Below, in pieces: positions 55,958 to 64,000 of a stretch of DNA of 64,000 bases (its first letter is position 1; every line of letters begins with the position of its first letter). The notes beneath the pieces are model-generated. The model searched no databases. It worked only from the letters and a program-made list of their open reading frames with translations, and had not been told where the DNA came from. The translations under genes were made by a program, and so were the position numbers. The stretch comes from Adineta vaga (Eukaryota; Animalia; Rotifera): positions 8,184,001 to 8,248,000 of the forward strand of contig CP075492.1 of the NCBI GenBank assembly GCA_021613535.1, in the 5' to 3' direction.

Positions 55958-58206
55958 CGTTCATTCAATCGATATATTATGATTATTAATTAAACCACAG
56001 AAAATTGACAGACAATATCTACCACCAACCAATTCATGTCTTGGTCTTTGTCCTCGATGGTTAACAAGGCACTTATGCAATGGCTCCCATACTGTACACT
56101 AATGACATCTATAAACTCGTAGCACGAGTAGAGTAACTTTATGTTTTTGCTTATAGAAAAACAAGTCATTTGATAATTAGAAAATCAGAAGAACGATACG
56201 TTAAATCGATAACTATGATCATCTTTGAGAATTCACGTTCACAAACTGATTTTAAGCTGAGTTCTACAATCTACATATTTGATTTGATTAGAAGGAAAAC
56301 ATTGATTGGCTTTTTTCCAAGATTATCATAAAATAAAAGTTCATAAGAAATGTTAGGCTTTCAAAGCATGATCTATCGTATGATTATCTGTATACGGACT
56401 ATTTCTATTCTAGTGAATACTTCCTGACTCTTTCTTTTCTTATTTCTTTGACGTAAATTTCACAACAAAGACAAAAATCATTTGATAATTGAAAAAAATA
56501 GAAAGAAGTGTTTTCTCATTGCACAGATGTGTTTTCAAACAGACATGCGCAACATATGTCCCAAACACTTTGGTATACTTATTTAGAAAAAAACATCTTA
56601 CATTGATTGTTAATAGATTTTTACAATATTATCAAAAACATTTTCTAATGTCTATTTTTGTATAGCTCTACTTTCTTGTTCAATTCTATTCTTTATATCC
56701 ACCATATCATTGACCTTTGTTTTGTATACTTTTGTTTTGACATATCCCTATAAACAAAATCAAGTGGTGTTAAATCTAGAGATTGTGGTGCCCTAGAAAT
56801 TGAACCATCTCTACTAATCCATTTGCCATTAGATAGAGTCTTTTCCTTTGCATAATTCAATCGAAAAATGGCGGAGATATTTGAATTTTGTTGGTCAATG
56901 ACTTTCCGGATAGCCTGTAATATCTAGCTCATTCATGAGAGGTAATCAAAGTCCTCAATGCTCTTATAAATATTGTTCAAAGAAAACTACTGACATATTA
57001 TTACAATATAAACCCAAATTACATAATCGAAATCATTTTCGTTCTAAATATGATTGTAATTTTTATTATCATATACTTCGACTGTGAAAATAAAAGAGAG
57101 AGAAAAACAGTATAATCAAACTAAAACATTTTTCTAGGTTCTATACTCATCTCAGCATTTCATTAATGAAAATAAGAATATTGGAAATGAATTATATTAC
57201 TTGTTATATTTTCTTTTTTTTAACGAACAGAACATGTAGAGTCTCCTAAACTCGATTACACTATCTAATAAATCGAAAATTTCATTAAAATACTTGCTTT
57301 CCATTTGAAAATTAGGTCGCTATTTTTCGTCGTGATGAATACGGTAGTAGTTTTTGACGAACGTCATCATTTTTAGAGCACTCATATAAACTGTGTTGTT
57401 AATGAGATGAAAGAAAAAAAAATCTTCTCTTTGTTGCTCTTTGGTAATTTTCATAATGTAATCGCATTTGTTTCTTTTGCATATCGAAGCTAAGGCATAG
57501 AGTTATTTTTCTTGACAGAAACAAATAATGTTACAACTGAATAGAAACAAACATAAGAATTCAAGGCGATATCGAATAAATACTAACTTGAATTTTGTTA
57601 ATAAATTTAAGAGAGATCAAGAGAAGAATATCTAAGGTAGTCATGTTATCTTTAAGATGCAGCGTATTGGAATGTTGAAAGATGAAGTTTAAGTAAGTGA
57701 TTTTAATTCACCGATATTATGTAGAACCATACACTATTGATTCAATAGATGCGAAAAGATAAGAGGTAGTATCTTCCTTGTATTCGTTTTAGATGATTAT
57801 GAGAGATATCTTTTGATCAAAGAGACAGAAATGTTTTTTTTTTATTTGTATGCATCAGTACTGATGATGTGATTGTGAGATCTTTTATTCTAATGTTCAC
57901 GTCAACAAACATAAATAGAGCAGAGATTTTGCCGATGTAAAATATATCTATGTATGTTAATGAAAGATTCTTTCACACCCTTTCTTCTACATGCTCATAT
58001 GACCATAAGAAGAGAACTAAAACGAAGATATTCTGTGATGAGCAATTTGTAATAGACTCACTAGTTATTTGAGAAAGTAACTGAGAAATAGGAGATGCAA
58101 ATAAAAGTAGAATGATTTAATCTAATCTACCTTACTTTTCTACTTCTTAGATCGAGACTGATTATTGATCGTAGTCTCTAACTCTGTATCTCTTTTAGAT
58201 ATACAA

Positions 58207-61200
58207 ATGGCAAGATTTGATCATCTCACTTTCTGGTGTTTTTTGTTGATTATTGATGGAGCAGTTGGTAAGTATCTTTGAAAGATTGTGTTGTCTTCAT
58301 TGTCAAAATGAGATAGATGTTGCTGATAATAGTCATAGTTTATTTCGAGAGATTTGTACTGAAGAATTCTCATGAGAGACAAATATGAGGAGAGAAATTG
58401 ATCAGTTAGAAAAGAGTGATATGAGTAATTTGTTTCGAGTGAAAACTCTGTCATTTTCTTTTTCTCCAGCTATCTCGTACAATCAACCAAAATTTTGTCC
58501 GAATGCATCATGGAATGCTACGGCCTTAACATTTGCAACAAATACAATTGTTGGCTCAACTCCTTATGGTATTTTTGTCAACTCCAACAATACCGTTTAT
58601 GTAGCAAATCGCGAATCCAGTCGAGTTCATGTGTGGTTAGAAGGAAGTACAACATCTATTCGAAATCTTTCGAGTGGTTTGAATCTTCCATATAGTGTGT
58701 TTGTCACTGATAATGGTGATATTTTTGTTGATAATGGTCAAACAAATAATAGAGTTGATCGATGGCAAACGAATTCTACTGACAGCATTCCAGCGATGTA
58801 TACAGTGGAACATGTTATGATCTCTTCGTTGATATGAATAATAATCTTTACTGTTCCATGAAAGGTGACCATCAAGTTCTCAGTAATTCACTGACTAGTC
58901 GTTTAAATCTTTGGAGCATTGTAGCAGGCACCGGCACTGCTGGAGCAACAGCAATCACTATTAATAGTCCTTATGGAATCTTTGTCGATACAAATCTGAA
59001 TTTATATCTTGCGGATTCAGGAAATCACCGAATTCAGTTGTATGCATATGGTCAACTGACTGGAACAGCTGTAGCAGGTGCTTCAGCTGCAGGAACTATT
59101 ACACTCAGTATGCCAACTGATGTAGTACTTGATGCTGATGGTTATCTTTTTATTGTTGACAGTGGAAACCACCGAATTGTTGGTTCTGGACCGTATGGGT
59201 TTCGTTGTATTGCAGCATGTACCGGAGCAGGTGCAACAGCCGTTAAATTAAACAATCCAATCAGTTTCAGTTTCGATACTTATGGAAACATATTTATCAC
59301 TGATCGAGATAACAATCGAGTTCAAAAATTTCTTATATCAACAAATGTTTGTAGTAAGTACAATTATTTCTCTGCAACATACTGTTCAGACTTGATTGAG
59401 ACTTTGTTTATCAGAATAGAACGATTTGTATATTCCAAATGAGACTTGCTTAGATAGTTCATCAGTTAGATCTGTCTTTATCAGCGATCTTAATATGACA
59501 ATTACAGGCAAGTTTATTTATTGTAGATGGAACGTCAACTACAACAACTGCTAGTGGTATGTCAATCACACTCTTGTTCTCATTTCGATATTGATAAACA
59601 ATTGTTTTTATCGTTTTTAGTAACAGCATCATCGAGCATCATTCCAACAAGTACATCTTCTGTGCCAAGTTCTTATTCAAATGGTAATCTGATTGTTTAG
59701 TGTACTTTTTCGTACAGGTCTTTTGAACTATAATTCTAAGGGTGCAAATATCAATAGTGAATCATAAATAGGCTGTTGGAAAGGTCAGTGAGAATGATTG
59801 ATGGAAATCGATCAAGGAAAAAAAACAAGTTGAGAAGAGTATCAGAGACAATCATACTTTTGAATAGTTGATCAATGCATAGATCTCACAAATCATATGA
59901 TACATGCGAGATTACGAATAATAAGACTACCATTTCAGTTGACATGATAGATCATAGTTTGTAAGGAAGCTTATGACAAACACTGATACTATACGATCTA
60001 TTCTACTATTAGAGATGACAAGGACAAAAAGATTGATATTGCGAGTTTCTCATCAGATTCACTACTCATTTCGTCGTCGAAAGAGACAACATAAATCATA
60101 CACAATCATGTATTTTGCTATTTCCTCTTTTGTTGATTTCGATTATTGATAAAAGAACGATGATATGCATCATGATGATGTAGCTTTCGTCGCAACAGGA
60201 CTTATATGAGTAACTTTGCGGTAGAAGAATTTCACAGTTGTCAAACAACTAACGATGAAAACCAAATATAATGTGATTTTGTTATAGTTATTTCATACAA
60301 TCAACCAAAATTTAGTCCATATGCAATATGGAGTGGAAATGCAATTACATTCGCTACGAGTACAACAGTGGGCGCCGAACCCTTTGGTATTTTTGTCGAT
60401 AAAAACAATACTGTCTACGTTGCAAATAGAGGTGATAACAAGATTCAAATCTGGCTCGAAGGAAGTACAACACCTAGTCGTACTATAACAACTGATGTGG
60501 GCTATACATATAGTATTTTTGCTACAGTAACAGGTGATATTTATATTGATAATGGATATTCATATAAGCGTGTTGATAAATATACATCAAATGGAACAAT
60601 ACGAACATCAGTCATGTCTGTTAAATATATATGTTATGATATTTTTATTGATGTCAGCAACAATCTTTATTGTTCATTGTATGATTATCATCAAGTTGCA
60701 ATGACATCGTTAAATAACAATTCTACGATGTGGACTATCGCTGCGGGAACATACTGTTCTGGTTCAACTGCTAATAAGCTTTATTTGCCTCGTGGAATCT
60801 TCGTCGACACTTCTCTCAATCTGTATGTTGCTGATTGTGGCAATAATCGCGTTCAACTCTTTCAATCAGGACAATTAGTTGCAACTACAATAGCAGGTGC
60901 ATCAGCCGCAGGAACCATTTCACTCAGTTGTCCTAGTGATGTGATGCTGGATGGTGATGGATATTTGTTCATTTTGGATAGTAGTAATCATCGTATTGTT
61001 GGATCAGGACCGAATGGTTTTCGTTGTTTAGTTGGATGTACAGGCGCTGCTGGTAGCACATCAAGTGGTTTGTATTTGCCATCAACTATGAGTTTTGACA
61101 GCTATGGAAATATCTATGTCGCTGATCGAATTAATTATCGTATACAAAAGTTTATTCTACAAGCAAATACGACTTATCGTAAGTGTGATGTACTCAGTAA

Positions 61201-64000
61201 TAGTATGATAGATAGTTGTGAATATATCGACTGTTCAATGAGCGATATTGATGATGCGAATGACTGGTCGATTTTGATCTCACGAACGATTTCTTATAAT
61301 TGAGTCTTTGTTGAAAACTATGTTTAAACATTGATGACATGACATGAAGGTAGTGATTTTTCTTCTCATTTAGTTTTATTTGTTTCATTCTAGCTTTTTC
61401 TTTCAATCAGCCGAAGTTTTGTCCATCCGCCACTTGGTATACTGATGGTGTTACTTTTGCAGACACTCGAATACTTAATACTTACGTTTTTGGAGTCTTC
61501 GTTGATGTTAATAATACTGTTTATATACCTAGCTGGCTAAATGATCAATCATATGTATGGAGAGAAGGAAGTCTTTTTCCTGACAGAAATTTGACTGGTG
61601 GGATGGATGGATCATTGAGTATTTTCGCAACACTTTCCGGTGATATTTATCTTGATAATGGTCTCAGTTATGGTCGAGTAGACAAATGGAGTCCAAGTTC
61701 CACGAGTGGTATATCGGCTATGACAATTACCGCACAATGTTATGATCTGTTTGTCGATACAACTAACACTCTCTACTGTTCAATGACTGGCAGTCATCGA
61801 GTTGCAAAGAAATGGTTGTCTAATAATGACACAGCTAATACAATAGCAGCTGGTACAGGTGGTACTAGTTCAGCTGCAAGCGATCTTTACTATCCTTGTG
61901 GAATTTATGTTGACTATCTGTTTAATTTATATGTTGGAGATTGTGGTAATGATCGAATTCAAATGTTTCCTTTGGGACAAATGAATGCTATTACCATAGC
62001 TGGTAATGGTGCACCAGGTACCTTTACATTTGACTGTCCAAATGATATTGCATTTGATGGTAATGGATATTTATTTGTAACTGATAACTACAATAATCGA
62101 CTCATTGGATCAGGTCCATATGGATTTCGATGTTTGTTTGGTTGTACAAAAGTTGCAGGTTCATCATCTAGTCAACTGAATAGTCCACGAGAATTCAGTT
62201 TCGATAGTTATGGAAATATCTTTGTTGCTGATCAAGTCAATTATCGAGTTCAAAAGTTTCTCTTAGCAAGCAATTCATGTAGTGAGTGATGTTTTTTATT
62301 CGTTTTTTGATGCAGATATTTTATTGTAATGGAAATTGATGTATTTGTTCATCTAGATATTTCATACAATCAACCAAACTTTTGTTCCGATGCTTCATGG
62401 TTTGCCAATGCATCAACATTTGCAGCGAGTACTACTATTGGTTCATTACCTTATGGTATCTTCATTGATGGAATCAATACTGTTTATGTTGCAAGTCAAT
62501 CGAATAACATTGTTTTAATATGGTCACAGTATGATAGTACACCAACAAGAAATAACTCTGGTAATTTGAATCGTCCATACAGTACTTTTGTTTCATTGGC
62601 TGGTGATGTTTATGTTGATAATGGATATGCAAATGGTCGAGTAGATAAGTTTTCATTTAATTCATCAATTGTAACGACTGTAATGAAGGTGAATGGAAGT
62701 TGTTATGGTTTATTTGTTGATAGTAATAATTCTTTGTATTGTTCGCTTCGTGATATTCATCAAGTGGTACAAGTTTCACTGAATAATGGTACAACTATTC
62801 CATGGGTGATATTAGGAAATGGAAGTGCAGGATCATCATCGAACATGCTTAGTTTTCCTCAAGGAATCTATGTGGATATCAATATGCAGTTGTATGTTGC
62901 AGACTGTGGAAATGATCGAATTCAGCGTATGTCAACAATAGGACAAATGAGTGCGGAGACTGTTGTTGGCAATGGTTCATCATCCGGAGATATGACTTTG
63001 CGTTGTCCTAGTGGAGTTGTGATGGATAAAAGCGGTTATTTATTTATTGTGGATAGTTATAATCATCGAATCATTGGATCAGGGCCTTATGGATTTCGAT
63101 GTATTGTTGGTTGCAATGGTATTAGTGGTTCAAGTGCAAGTCAATTGTCATTTCCACAAAGTATGGCATTTGATAGTTACGGGAATATATATGTTACTGA
63201 TCGAAATAATAGTCGAATTCAAATGTTTTCTGCTCAGAAAACGAATTGTAGTAAGTAATTGTTGTGAGGAAGAAGTAGTAGTGAGAATATCATAGTTGTT
63301 GAAAGAGAGATAATAAGTAATATTGAGCAACTTGTTCTGTGTTAGAGTGAAGAAATACCTGTCTAAACTTAATTATTTGCAGGCTCACCGACGACGATTC
63401 AAACGAGTATGATGCCTTTTACATCTGGCGTGCCAACAACAGTAGCTACTGGAACGAATAATATGCAAGAAACGAGTTTGATGACAAGTGCAACACAATC
63501 AAGTACCTCAACTAGCACGTCTACCACCACGTCCAGTACATCCACGAGCACGTCCACTACGACGTCTTCCACCACTTCTACCACCACGTCCAGTACATCC
63601 ACTTCAACGTCCACCAGTACTTCTACCAGTACTTCTACCACCACGTCCAGTACATCCACTTCAACGTCCACTAGTACTTCTACCACCATGTCCAGTACAT
63701 CCACTTCAACGTCCACTAGTACTTCTACCACCACGTCCAGTACATCCACTTCAACGTCCACTAGTACTTCTACCAGTACTTCTACCAGTACTTCTACTAC
63801 CACGTCCAGTACATCCACTTCAACGTCCACCAGTACTTCTACCAGTACTTCTACTACCACGTCCAGTACATCCACTTCAACGTCCACCAGTACTTCTACC
63901 AGTACTTCTACTACCACGTCCAGTACATCCACTTCAACATCCACCAGTACTTCTACCAGTACTTCTACTACCACGTCCAGTACGTCCACTTCAACGTCCA
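58207..64000 (+). CDS. Large secreted or surface NHL-repeat protein: four beta-propeller exons plus Ser/Thr mucin stalk (partial; may be two genes)
   Basis: Signal exon MARFDHLTFWCFLLIIDGAV. Modules at 58470-59353, 60288-61178, 61394-62281 and 62357-63250 each begin S[YF]NQP.F and contain P.GI[FY]VD...LY[LV][AG]D.GN.R[IV]Q repeats. A Ser/Thr exon starts at 63383. Confidence 0.85.
63500..64000 (+). repeat. Coding tandem repeat, about 57-bp unit with 12-bp subunit length variants (Ser/Thr-only mucin)
   Basis: Unit TCTACYACCACGTCCAGTACATCCACTTCAACGTCCACYAGTACT(TCTACCAGTACT)n repeats to the window edge. Confidence 0.92.

Noticed and set aside
56000-58200. Possible gene or SL RNA in the EXT-NHL intergenic region (AAAATGGCGG near 56865)
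   Set aside because: Only an isolated YY1-like motif. No ORF, SL exon or Sm site that I can support.
63399-63989. 196-aa Val/Asp/Glu-rich ORF on the minus strand
   Set aside because: Antisense shadow of the Ser/Thr repeat exon, which has a proper acceptor at 63382 on the + strand.

Overview
AT-rich, gene-dense eukaryotic DNA with many ~50-60 nt GT-AG introns. Intron size, expanded NHL-repeat modules and divergent peptide-type GPCRs suggest a bdelloid rotifer (inference, not proven). About 23 protein-coding loci can be assembled by eye: clockwork orange-like bHLH-O, an unknown gene, spartin, RPL35, three GPCRs plus a GPCR relic, a dpr/ZIG-8-like Ig protein, RPB2, an EF-hand type II NADH dehydrogenase, LSM1, a PAN2 lacking its catalytic half, CRIPT, HINT1, ACE, Disabled, sulfite oxidase, SLC35E2-like, two convergent major vault protein (MVP) paralogs, a SUN protein, a GT47-only EXT1-like gene and a large NHL-repeat/mucin gene running off the end. 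RNA features are a deviant tRNA-Pro(UGG) and three intronic H/ACA snoRNA candidates in RPB2. The main leads are: (1) a five-gene co-directional operon-like block (NDH2-LSM1-PAN2N-CRIPT-HINT1) with unpaired splice acceptors and an embedded structured ~300-nt segment; (2) tail-to-tail MVP paralogs sharing a 156-bp, intron-spanning near-identical tract; (3) the nuclease-less PAN2; (4) the non-canonical respiratory NDH2. Exon boundaries were read manually and no searches were run.
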